Assembly (NCBI RefSeq): GCF_009653635.1
Contig: NZ_PPFD01000003.1
Location: 490,955 to 514,954, forward strand
Direction of reading: 5' to 3'
DNA from: Endozoicomonas sp. OPT23
Lineage (GTDB): Bacteria > Pseudomonadota > Gammaproteobacteria > Pseudomonadales > Endozoicomonadaceae
DNA: 24,000 nt
Below the pieces are notes generated by a model. That model was given only the letters and a program-made list of their open reading frames with translations. It was not told where the DNA came from and made no database searches. Shown here in pieces: positions 15,540-23,238 of this stretch. Each line of letters starts with the position of its first letter. Positions within the stretch are counted from its first letter, which is position 1. The position numbers and the translations under genes were made by a program.

Positions 15540-16331
15540 TTAATAGGGACCGCTAATTGTTTTATGTCCTTCAACCACAAAGCTTGCACCAGAGCGGACA
15601 GGACTGATTGCCCGATAAAGATTGGTCTCATTAGTATCCAGCGGCCTTCTTAATAAACTGCTGAAATAACCCCCAACCCTCTCTCTAACACTTTCTTTAA
15701 ACGGACAAACAAAGTAAAGATTAGTGGAGTCAGCACAGCTTGCTACCCAGGTTATGACTGGAGGAGTCCCCATTGAAACCGATGAAACAAGCCTCTGGTA
15801 AATGGAAGATCCCAGACTTGTTTCATCATAGGCTAATGAAACACTGCCTTTCCGTGCTCCGATCATAGCTGAAACAGTCCAGTATCTGGCCTTACTCGAT
15901 CTCATAGAAAAATCTTTCAATTCCAGTTTTTCTGCTTCTAAATGCTTTTTTCTTAAATCACTCTGAATACCTAGAGTTCTGGCAAGCACACTTTTAAAGA
16001 GGTCAATATCAAATAATCCCGCTCGGGAATCAAAACTTCCTCTAGTAGCAAAAGTATTCTCAATTTGCCTCAATTCCTTGTCAGCAAAACGGCTTGAAGC
16101 TGCTTTAGGCTCAATCATCAAGTACAAGTGATTAATGGAAAATAATCCCGTCAAATCAGCTGTATGAACAACTATGGTTCTATACCCAGCTATCAAATCA
16201 CAGACTTCAGTGGTCAGCGCTTCATTTTGTTTCTCTGCTTCACATTCAGTCTTTGTCTGATCAAAGTTCGCTGACACCCAAAAGGGCAAAAGTGTTAGCG
16301 ATAAACATAAAATGAAGGCCCATCGCTGCAT
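15540..16331 (-). CDS. Hypothetical secreted protein (263 aa), orphan
   Basis: SD GGAG lies 6 nt before the ATG. The signal peptide is MQRWAFILCLSLTLLPFWVSA|NFDQ. The mature part has four Cys as two close pairs (C-x13-C and C-x9-C). I recognise no family. Confidence 0.65.
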   Translation of the reverse strand: MQRWAFILCLSLTLLPFWVSANFDQTKTECEAEKQNEALTTEVCDLIAGYRTIVVHTADLTGLFSINHLYLMIEPKAASSRFADKELRQIENTFATRGSFDSRAGLFDIDLFKSVLARTLGIQSDLRKKHLEAEKLELKDFSMRSSKARYWTVSAMIGARKGSVSLAYDETSLGSSIYQRLVSSVSMGTPPVITWVASCADSTNLYFVCPFKESVRERVGGYFSSLLRRPLDTNETNLYRAISPVRSGASFVVEGHKTISGPY

Positions 16332-16444
16332 TTTAATCTCCAGAAAAACGTGCGGCCTCCCATTATAGTTAAAGTTTTTCTAAACCCGTCAAGAGCTTCT
16401 GAAGATGGTAAAGTCGCTACTTTCGTTCTAGCGGGACATATCCA

Positions 16445-17110
16445 ATGATTTTGATTACAGGTGCCAGCAGTGGCCTTGGTGCAGCACTGGCTCAACAATA
16501 CGCCGAAGCAGGTCAGGATGTCGTAATCACTGGCCGTAATCAGCAACGTCTTGAAGCGGTTAAAGCGACAAACAACAAAACTCAAGCTATCCCTGCTGAT
16601 CTGACCAGCCCAGACAGCATCAACAGTCTGATAAACCAGCTTGATATTGCACCGACCACTGTTATTCACTGCGCAGGCAGCGGCTACTTTGGCCAGATTC
16701 AGGATCAACAGCCTGACGACATTATCCAGCTATTTAATAACAACATTCTCAGTGCCACATTACTGCTGAGAGAGCTTGTCGCCCGTTACCGTGATCAGGC
16801 GGTCAGTGTCGTTGTTGTTATGTCCACCGCAGCACTGCAGCCAAAAGGTGGCGAGAGCACTTACTGTGCTGCCAAGTGGGCAGTAAGAGCTTTGGTTGAA
16901 TCTGTACGACAGGAGCTGAAAGCTTCAAAGTCTCCGATGAAACTAATTGCCGTATACCCTGGCGGAATGGCAACAGACTTCTGGAATATTGAAAAAGACA
17001 GGGATACGACCACATTCATGTCCGCTGACGAAGCCGCAGGCATGTTGATTCAGGCCCTGGCCGGGACTGAACACGGATATATTTCCGACATTACTATTTC
17101 TCGTAAATAG
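16445..17110 (+). CDS. Short-chain dehydrogenase/reductase (SDR) family oxidoreductase
   Basis: MILITGASSGLGAALA carries the TGxxxGxG cofactor motif. The catalytic YCAAK (YxxxK) is preceded by Ser. 221 aa. Confidence 0.9.
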   Translation: MILITGASSGLGAALAQQYAEAGQDVVITGRNQQRLEAVKATNNKTQAIPADLTSPDSINSLINQLDIAPTTVIHCAGSGYFGQIQDQQPDDIIQLFNNNILSATLLLRELVARYRDQAVSVVVVMSTAALQPKGGESTYCAAKWAVRALVESVRQELKASKSPMKLIAVYPGGMATDFWNIEKDRDTTTFMSADEAAGMLIQALAGTEHGYISDITISRK

Positions 17111-17230
17111 ATCGCCGTGGTTAAATGGTAAATTAATACTTTAGTTCTGATATGTTCCTTTACGGATTGAAGGGTAGAAATAGTCACGGATGATGGACAG
17201 TAATAAATCAGCAGGCCATGGGAGTCCATC

Positions 17231-17668
17231 ATGTTTGGTAGCAAGAATTCAGACAGCAGTTCGTCGAGCAATGCTCAACACAACAATGCCATCACCCTGA
17301 TCGCAGCAGGTACGGAAGTCGAGGGCGATATCCGGTTCCGCGGAACCGTTCATGTGGAAGGCGGCATTAAGGGTAATGTATCCTCCAGCGACGGCAAATT
17401 GCAGCTAATTGATGGCAGCAGCGTCGACGGCAATATCCGTGCGGCTCATGTCATTATCAACGGTCATGTAATCGGTGACGTATACGCGACTGAAAAGCTG
17501 GAACTGTCTGCCAAGGCATTGGTTGAAGGTAACGTCTACTACGATGTTATGGAAATGGTCGCCGGCGCTGCTATTAACGGCAAAATGGAGCGCATGCACA
17601 AGAGTGGTGAGCTACTGCCTAAAGATGAAGACAAGAAAGCTGAAGTTAAAAAGCTGAAATCTGCCTGA
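17231..17668 (+). CDS. Bactofilin (polymer-forming cytoskeletal protein, CcmA/DUF583 type)
   Basis: The core is a beta-helical repeat pattern: TLIAAGTEVEGDIRFRGTVHVEGGIKGNVSS...VDGNIRAAHVIINGHVIGDVYATEKLELSAKALVEGNVYY. The N- and C-terminal tails are disordered. SD GGGAG lies 7 nt upstream. Confidence 0.88.
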   Translation: MFGSKNSDSSSSSNAQHNNAITLIAAGTEVEGDIRFRGTVHVEGGIKGNVSSSDGKLQLIDGSSVDGNIRAAHVIINGHVIGDVYATEKLELSAKALVEGNVYYDVMEMVAGAAINGKMERMHKSGELLPKDEDKKAEVKKLKSA

Positions 17669-17680
17669 TACAGCATTTCC

Positions 17681-17708
17681 GAAGCCTGATAAGCCCATCA
17701 GGCTTCTT
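17681..17708 (+). terminator. Stem-loop terminator after the bactofilin gene
   Basis: GAAGCCTGAT-aagccc-ATCAGGCTTC is a perfect 10-bp stem, followed by TTCT (a short U-tract). Confidence 0.55.
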
Positions 17709-17831
17709 CTCCTCCCCGAATAATTAAGTGATCCAATCCCAGATCACCACTACGGTATAGCGGTTATATCGAATGTCGGTTTTCTGATCAGTGTGGAAAA
17801 ATACACGCAAATTATAAACCACTTTTTTCCA

Positions 17832-17855
17832 TGGCTGCTCATATGAGCACAGCCA
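17832..17855. promoter_or_regulatory. Palindromic candidate operator upstream of the KamA-family gene. The core GCTCATATGAGC is perfect over 12 bp (17837-17848).
   Basis: Read directly as TGGCT-GCTCATATGAGC-ACAGCCA, about 50 bp upstream of the CDS start. Confidence 0.3.
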
Positions 17856-17898
17856 CAGGAATGCTTTGGTTTCGAATTTCACTTCCACTGAATGAGGA

Positions 17899-19281
17899 TT
17901 GGCATTGAACGCATACACTCAAGCCGACAATCTTATTGTTACTGCCGAAAGCTCCAGCACTGACGCTCGCCCCTATACGGTTTACACCGAGCGGAATATC
18001 GACAAGATCGAGCAGTTCACAAAACTGCCTGAAGACATGCAGTTTGACATCCGGGTTGTAGCCAGCGTGATGCCGTTCCGTGTCAACGAATACGTAATCA
18101 ACGAGCTGATCAACTGGAATAACATTCCAGCTGACCCGATCTTCCGTCTGATGTTCCCTCAGAAGGAAATGCTGAAAGCAACTGACTTTGATTTCATGGC
18201 CAAACTGCATAAAGCAGGTGAAAGCCGTGAAAACATCAAAAAAGCAGCACACGAAATCCAGATGGGTATGAACCCGCACCCTGCCGGTCAAAAGGTGATG
18301 AATGCACCTATGATTGACGGTGAGCCTGTTGAAGGCATGCAGCACAAATACCGTGAAACTGCCCTCTATTTCCCGAGTCAGGGTCAGACCTGCCACAGTT
18401 ACTGCACGTTCTGCTTCCGTTGGGCACAATTCATTGGTGACAGTGAATTGAAGATGGCTGCTACCGATGCAGCTACCATGCACTCATACCTGAAAGCCCA
18501 TCACGAAATCACAGATTTACTGTTTACCGGTGGTGACCCGCTGGTAATGAAGACCAAGATTCTTAAGGCTTATCTGGAGCCACTGCTGGAGCCAGAATTT
18601 GACCATATTCGTCATATCCGTATCGGTTCCAAGACCCTTACCTTCTGGCCATACCGTTTCACTCAGGACGACGATGCTGATGAGTTGATGGAACTGTTCA
18701 AGAAGATCGTTGATTCCGGTAAGCATCTGGCGTTTATGGCGCATTTTGACCACTATGCAGAACTGAAAACAGACGTCTGCAAAGAAGCGATCAAGCGCAT
18801 TCGTGCGACAGGTGCCAACATTCGTGCCCAGGCGCCACTGACTCGTCACATCAACGACGACGCCAGTGTGTGGGTAGAAAACTGGAAGACACAGCTGTCT
18901 CTGGGCGTAATTCCTTACTACTTTTTTGTGGCTCGTGATACCGGCGCCAAGCACTATTTTGAAATTTCTCTGGCTCGTGCCTACGAAATTTTCCAGGAAG
19001 CAGTGACTCAAATGTCCGGACTTGGTCGTACGGTTCGCGGACCATCCATGAGTGCAGGCCCCGGTAAAGTCGAAATTACCGGTGTTGCTGAAATTAATGG
19101 CGAGAAAGTATTTGTACTGCGCTTCCTGCAGGGCCGTAATCCCGACTGGTGCTACCGCCCATTCTTTGCCAAGTACGATGAAGAAGCGACCTGGCTGGAT
19201 GATTTGAAACCAGCTTTTGGTGAAGACAAGTTCTTCTACGAAGACGAATACAAGGCTATGTGTGAAGCTCGCGGGGCCTGA
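17899..19281 (+). CDS. KamA-family radical SAM aminomutase (lysine 2,3-aminomutase-like); substrate unknown
   Basis: The radical-SAM cluster motif CHSYCTFCFRW (CxxxCxxC) sits in a KamA-type context, followed by LLFTGGDPLVMK. 460 aa. The start is uncertain: it is either TTG 17899 or TTG 17905, which lies 6 nt after GAGGA. Confidence 0.88.
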   Translation: MALNAYTQADNLIVTAESSSTDARPYTVYTERNIDKIEQFTKLPEDMQFDIRVVASVMPFRVNEYVINELINWNNIPADPIFRLMFPQKEMLKATDFDFMAKLHKAGESRENIKKAAHEIQMGMNPHPAGQKVMNAPMIDGEPVEGMQHKYRETALYFPSQGQTCHSYCTFCFRWAQFIGDSELKMAATDAATMHSYLKAHHEITDLLFTGGDPLVMKTKILKAYLEPLLEPEFDHIRHIRIGSKTLTFWPYRFTQDDDADELMELFKKIVDSGKHLAFMAHFDHYAELKTDVCKEAIKRIRATGANIRAQAPLTRHINDDASVWVENWKTQLSLGVIPYYFFVARDTGAKHYFEISLARAYEIFQEAVTQMSGLGRTVRGPSMSAGPGKVEITGVAEINGEKVFVLRFLQGRNPDWCYRPFFAKYDEEATWLDDLKPAFGEDKFFYEDEYKAMCEARGA

Positions 19282-19307
19282 TAGTACTTAAACTTGCTTA
19301 CCTACCA

Positions 19308-19334
19308 GAGAAGAGAGCCCAAGGCTCTCTTCTC
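19308..19334 (+). terminator. Very stable 12-bp stem-loop after the KamA-family gene, with no U-tract
   Basis: GAGAAGAGAGCC-caa-GGCTCTCTTCTC is a perfect stem but has no T run on either strand. It could be a terminator or an mRNA-stabilising hairpin. Confidence 0.45.
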
Positions 19335-19479
19335 ACCTCTTCCTCGCCATACGCTCCTATTTATAAACGCTACTTCAAAGAAAATTTCGCTCCATCGAAC
19401 AACAAAACAAAAACATTAACAACAGTTATCAATATTGACTTAAATCAATCAATGATACGTACGACTACGTACAATAGAG

Positions 19480-19625
19480 ACATAGACAAACAATCTGAAC
19501 ACAGAAAAAGCAGGATCAAGATCGTTTTTTCAGGGAAAAAATAACGACAAGCAGGATGCAAGTCACGTAGTTATTCAAGATTGTCAGTCTTGCAAAGCCG
19601 GGTTTGAGGGGACTCGGCTTTTTTT
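19480..19625 (+). ncRNA. Candidate small RNA with repeated GGA motifs (Csr/Rsm-like sponge?). The 5' end is not defined.
   Basis: An orphan plus-strand rho-independent terminator (19595-19625) lies 310 bp beyond the nearest plus-strand CDS. Upstream are CAGGAUC (19511), CAGGGA (19531, in the loop of a U6/A6 hairpin), CAGGAUG (19552) and GGGGA (in the terminator loop). A possible -10 TACAAT is at 19470-19475. Confidence 0.3.
19595..19625 (+). terminator. Rho-independent terminator, plus-strand oriented
   Basis: AAGCCGGG-tttgagggga-CTCGGCTT is followed by a run of seven T in total (19619-19625). On the minus strand only UUUG follows the stem. Confidence 0.7.
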
Positions 19626-19632
19626 ATGCGTG

Positions 19633-20910
19633 TTATAAAATTAGTGAGACTGCAAAACCTGCGATAACTACACTTCCCGTAATCAAAACAAATAAATCGC
19701 TCCAGCGATTCCAATACATGCGCATTGCCGTTTTTTTTCGGAGTCCAATAACCGGAATAAAAAACAGTATAATAGCCATCATTGGCGCTACGATCAGTTC
19801 AATCACAGACAGAACACTCCAATTGCACGTTGCAGCAATCCAGCAACTGACAATAATCAGTAGTATCGATACCCGATGATAGTGTCCGGCTTCCTGCTGG
19901 CTTTTTCCCTGCACCCCAACAAGAAATCCATTCATCATCTCAACAGTGCCTATAAAGAAACCAAAGAATGAAGTAAGAATCGAAACAAAAGCGATGATTG
20001 GTGCTGTTGCAGACAGAAACCGGTTATCAGGCTGATTAGCTAATACTGACAACACAGGTAAATTATCTGTTCTTGCCTGATGAATCTGATCCGGTGTTAA
20101 GGCCATCAGGCAGGAAAAAACAAAGAATAGAGTAATAAGCAACAAGAGTGCCGAACTTCTGAAGTGCACTTTATCTGTGATAGCAATACAGCGATGGATA
20201 TCCTTTATAGACCTGAGATACGAACGTGAAAATGTCGGGCTAATCGGCGCGTGATAAAACGAAAATACCAAAACTGGCAGAATCAAAAAGAAACTTTTCA
20301 GAGAATCAGCCAGTGAAAAAGGCTGGCTGATAAAATCCAGCCGCCACTGAGGTATCAAATACAGAGCAAGACAAAGAAGAACAATAATCAGAGGAAAAAC
20401 GAGACTACTTAAAATACTCAGAGCAAGACTTTCACGACTGCAGAACAACACGACCATCATGGTAATCAAGCCAAAGGCTAAGAGAGACCTCGATTCAATA
20501 ACTATTCCCAGCTGGTTCTGAAAATAACTTTCAGTGACATTCGTAATGCCAATACTGTAAAGCAGAAGTACTGGAAACATTGATAAAAAACAGAGCAGTA
20601 CAAGCCATCGTCCTATTTTCTCACCAAAGCTACTTCTGACGATATGACCAAGATCGCCATCATCACATTGAGAAGCTAGGCAGAAACGAGTCAACCCTCT
20701 ATGACTGAGTAGAACAATAGGCCCACTTACTAAGACCATTAGTAGCAGCGAAAAGGCACCACCACTTCCAGCAGCAATAGGAAGATAGAGAAGACCAGCA
20801 CCGATACCGGTACCTATATGACTAAACAACCAGCCTGTCTCTTTCGCAGTCCATGCATGAGTAACGGAATGGTTTGAGGTCTTAACACAGCAGGCTGGCT
20901 CATCACTCAT
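19633..20910 (-). CDS. HAAAP-family amino-acid permease (SdaC/TdcC-like serine/threonine transporter)
   Basis: 425 aa and polytopic. ...WLFSHIGTGIGAGLLYLPIAAGSGG...LLSHRGLTRFCL parallels E. coli SdaC ([23 protein letters not shown]...FFAHRGLTRFVL). SD AAGGAG lies 10 nt upstream. Confidence 0.85.
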   Translation of the reverse strand: MSDEPACCVKTSNHSVTHAWTAKETGWLFSHIGTGIGAGLLYLPIAAGSGGAFSLLLMVLVSGPIVLLSHRGLTRFCLASQCDDGDLGHIVRSSFGEKIGRWLVLLCFLSMFPVLLLYSIGITNVTESYFQNQLGIVIESRSLLAFGLITMMVVLFCSRESLALSILSSLVFPLIIVLLCLALYLIPQWRLDFISQPFSLADSLKSFFLILPVLVFSFYHAPISPTFSRSYLRSIKDIHRCIAITDKVHFRSSALLLLITLFFVFSCLMALTPDQIHQARTDNLPVLSVLANQPDNRFLSATAPIIAFVSILTSFFGFFIGTVEMMNGFLVGVQGKSQQEAGHYHRVSILLIIVSCWIAATCNWSVLSVIELIVAPMMAIILFFIPVIGLRKKTAMRMYWNRWSDLFVLITGSVVIAGFAVSLIL

Positions 20911-21121
20911 CTAAAAAGGACTCCTTATACAAGGAAATAAAAGTATAGCCCTATAGACGCTTTACTAATCAGAAAGTCTTGAGAGATTATTTAATATACG
21001 GACTCTCATATATTTGAATATACAGATATCAAGCGCTATTTAAAAAAAGAAAACCAAAAAGTGCTGTATTGCCTTACATAAACTATTTTCAAGATTCCAA
21101 TAATAATTATGGGAAGTAGTC

Positions 21122-21679
21122 ATGTTAAAAAGAGCTCTATGCATTTCAGCATTAATCTGCTCTGTTTCTCAACTTTATGCTGAAGAGATAAACATTGAAG
21201 CCAATATCGATAGCTCATCAGAAGAGGCTTGGGAATTAGTACCACTCAGTGATCAGGCTCCGTTCAGTCCTGAGTGCCGTTATAGAGTTCGTACAACAGC
21301 CTACGGAGATGGCACATTCGCTTTGAATAGTTTTATCGTTACAGATAATGAAGTACGAGTATATGTAAACACACCAGGAGGCTATAACAATCCTGCATTT
21401 ATCACTCCCGATGATAAAACGGCAGTATGCAGTGATGCAACGGACCCCATTTACAAATATCCAGATGGATCAGTTTGTAATCATCCAGTTAGTACAATTC
21501 GCAATCTCAAACAGTTAAAGAAAGATCTAAAGCTTGGGCTTGGAACACCTGAGAGCAATCTTGATCTTGAAAAAATGATCAAAAAAGTCGAAGACGACTT
21601 TAAGCAATGCACAGAAGTCGAATGTAATCAGCTTGGAACCGTAGTTAGTATTGAAAAACTATGTTCAGAAGAAAATTAA
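21122..21679 (+). CDS. Small secreted cysteine-rich protein (185 aa), orphan
   Basis: The signal peptide is MLKRALCISALICSVSQLYA|EEIN. The mature part has six Cys. The first 60 nt are about one third G+C by hand count. SD GGGAAG. I recognise no family. Confidence 0.6.
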   Translation: MLKRALCISALICSVSQLYAEEINIEANIDSSSEEAWELVPLSDQAPFSPECRYRVRTTAYGDGTFALNSFIVTDNEVRVYVNTPGGYNNPAFITPDDKTAVCSDATDPIYKYPDGSVCNHPVSTIRNLKQLKKDLKLGLGTPESNLDLEKMIKKVEDDFKQCTEVECNQLGTVVSIEKLCSEEN

Positions 21680-21693
21680 TTTTTTCTGTGCAT

Positions 21694-21724
21694 AAAAAAA
21701 CCGGACACTAGGTCCGGTTTTTTT
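21694..21724. terminator. Bidirectional rho-independent terminator shared by the 21122-21679 gene (+) and rplQ (-)
   Basis: A7-CCGGAC-actag-GTCCGG-T7. Confidence 0.88.
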
Positions 21725-21742
21725 ATGCCTGAAAAGTAAAAC

Positions 21743-22129
21743 TTACTCTTCAGTAGCTTCCGCTGCAGCAACTGGACGATCCAGCAGCTCAACGATAGCC
21801 ATAGGCGCGTTGTCACCCTTACGGAATCCACACTTCAGGATGCGGATGTAACCGCCTGGACGCTCTTTAAAGCGTGGACCCAGGTCAGTAAACAGCTTAC
21901 CAACAGTCGCTTTGTTGCGGAGACGATCGAACGCCAGACGACGGTTAGCTACGCTATCTTCCTTAGCTAAGGTGATCAGCGGCTCAGCTACACGACGAAG
22001 CTCTTTAGCCTTCGGCAGTGTAGTCTTGATTACTTCGTGCTCAACCAGAGAAGCAGTCATGTTCTTAAACATCGCTTTACGATGTGAACTGTTCCGGTTG
22101 AGCTTGCGGCCACTTTTACGATGACGCAT
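21743..22129 (-). CDS. rplQ: 50S ribosomal protein L17
   Basis: [46 protein letters not shown] is a canonical L17 N-terminus. It is the last gene of the alpha operon. Confidence 0.97.
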   Translation of the reverse strand: MRHRKSGRKLNRNSSHRKAMFKNMTASLVEHEVIKTTLPKAKELRRVAEPLITLAKEDSVANRRLAFDRLRNKATVGKLFTDLGPRFKERPGGYIRILKCGFRKGDNAPMAIVELLDRPVAAAEATEE

Positions 22130-22158
22130 GGCACAAACTTCCTCATTCTACCAATTGC

Positions 22159-22190
22159 CTTTCACCTGACGTTTTTAACGCAGGTGAAAG
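22159..22190 (-). other. rpoA-rplQ intergenic stem-loop (perfect 10-bp arms CTTTCACCTG / CAGGTGAAAG)
   Basis: Read directly. There is no U-tract, so it is likely an intra-operon attenuator, processing site or stabiliser rather than a terminator. Confidence 0.5.
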
Positions 22191-22205
22191 AGGCGTATTG
22201 GCTGC

Positions 22206-23207
22206 TTAAGCAGAAATCTTGTCGTCGCCCTTCAGACTGGCTGGAGGCCAGTTGTCGAGACGCATACCTAAGCTCAGACCACGAGAAGCAAGAACGTCCT
22301 TGATTTCAGTCAGGGACTTCTTACCCAGGTTCGGGGTCTTGAGCAGTTCAACCTCAGTGCGCTGGATCAGGTCACCAATGTAGTAGATGTTCTCTGCCTT
22401 CAGGCAGTTCGCACTACGTACAGTCAGTTCGAGATCATCAACAGGGCGCAGCAGGATAGGATCAACTTCATCCTCTTCCTTAACTGGCTCTGGCTCAGCC
22501 TCGCCTTCCAGATCAACGAATACAGCCAGCTGCTGCTGCAGAATAGTTGCAGCGCGGCGGATAGCTTCATCCGGATCAAGAGTACCGTCGGTTTCCAGAT
22601 CAATTACCAGCTTGTCCAGGTCGGTACGCTGCTCAACACGAGCACTTTCGACGACGTAGGATACGCGGTAAACAGGGCTATAGGTGGCATCCAGTTGCAG
22701 GCGACCAATTGCGCGAGTCTCTTCCTCGTCCTGACGACGACTGTCAGCGGATTCATAACCACGACCACGAGCAATACGAAGCTTCATATTGATATCGCCT
22801 TTCTCATTGAGATTAGCGATTACGTGATCCGGGTTAACGATTTCTACATCGTGATCCAGCTGAATGTCTGCAGCAGTCACAGGACCTGCACCTTTCTTGG
22901 TGAGGTTCAGTGTTGCTTCGTCACGACCAGTCATACGAATGGCGAGACCTTTCAGGTTCAGCAGGATGTCGATGACATCTTCCTGAACACCTTCGATAGC
23001 ACTGTACTCGTGCTGTACGCCATCGATTTCTACTTCCGTTACAGCACAACCTGGCATGGAAGAGAGAAGAATGCGACGCAATGCGTTGCCCAAGGTATGT
23101 CCAAAACCACGTTCCAGCGGTTCCAGAGTAACCTTTGCCCGTGTCAGGCTGATTTCCTCGACATCAATGTGTCTCGGAGTTAGAAATTCAGTAACCGAAT
23201 TCTGCAT
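22206..23207 (-). CDS. rpoA: DNA-directed RNA polymerase subunit alpha
   Basis: 333 aa. [56 protein letters not shown] is close to Pseudomonas RpoA. The C-terminal domain ...[52 protein letters not shown] is essentially identical to it. Confidence 0.98.
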   Translation of the reverse strand: MQNSVTEFLTPRHIDVEEISLTRAKVTLEPLERGFGHTLGNALRRILLSSMPGCAVTEVEIDGVQHEYSAIEGVQEDVIDILLNLKGLAIRMTGRDEATLNLTKKGAGPVTAADIQLDHDVEIVNPDHVIANLNEKGDINMKLRIARGRGYESADSRRQDEEETRAIGRLQLDATYSPVYRVSYVVESARVEQRTDLDKLVIDLETDGTLDPDEAIRRAATILQQQLAVFVDLEGEAEPEPVKEEDEVDPILLRPVDDLELTVRSANCLKAENIYYIGDLIQRTEVELLKTPNLGKKSLTEIKDVLASRGLSLGMRLDNWPPASLKGDDKISA

Positions 23208-23238
23208 GGATGTAACACCCCACCTAACTGTTTATCCC

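Noticed and set aside
15585-15620. NLYRAISPVRSG in the 263-aa orphan resembles the LYRADSRPP arginine-motif region of cholera/LT-type ADP-ribosyltransferases.
   Set aside because: It lies about 25 residues from the C-terminus, with no downstream STS or ExE motifs. The order of candidate motifs is incompatible with an ART fold, so this is probably coincidence.
17709-17898. A possible lysine riboswitch (L-box) in the 190-bp leader of the lysine-aminomutase-like gene.
   Set aside because: There are no conserved L-box core elements, such as AGAGGNGC or the multi-helix junction. The region has only a 6-bp hairpin and a DNA-type palindrome.
19285-19306. AGTACTTAAACTTGCTTACC as a possible GacA/UvrY upstream activating sequence (TGTAAG-N6-CTTACA) for the candidate sRNA.
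   Set aside because: Only the right half-site (CTTAC) matches. The left half and the spacing do not match.
19452-19544. A 30-aa ORF (MIRTTTYNRDIDKQSEHRKSRIKIVFSGKK) inside the candidate sRNA region.
   Set aside because: It has no SD and is highly basic and low-complexity. An RNA-level explanation (GGA motifs plus terminator) fits better. It is kept only as an alternative to test.
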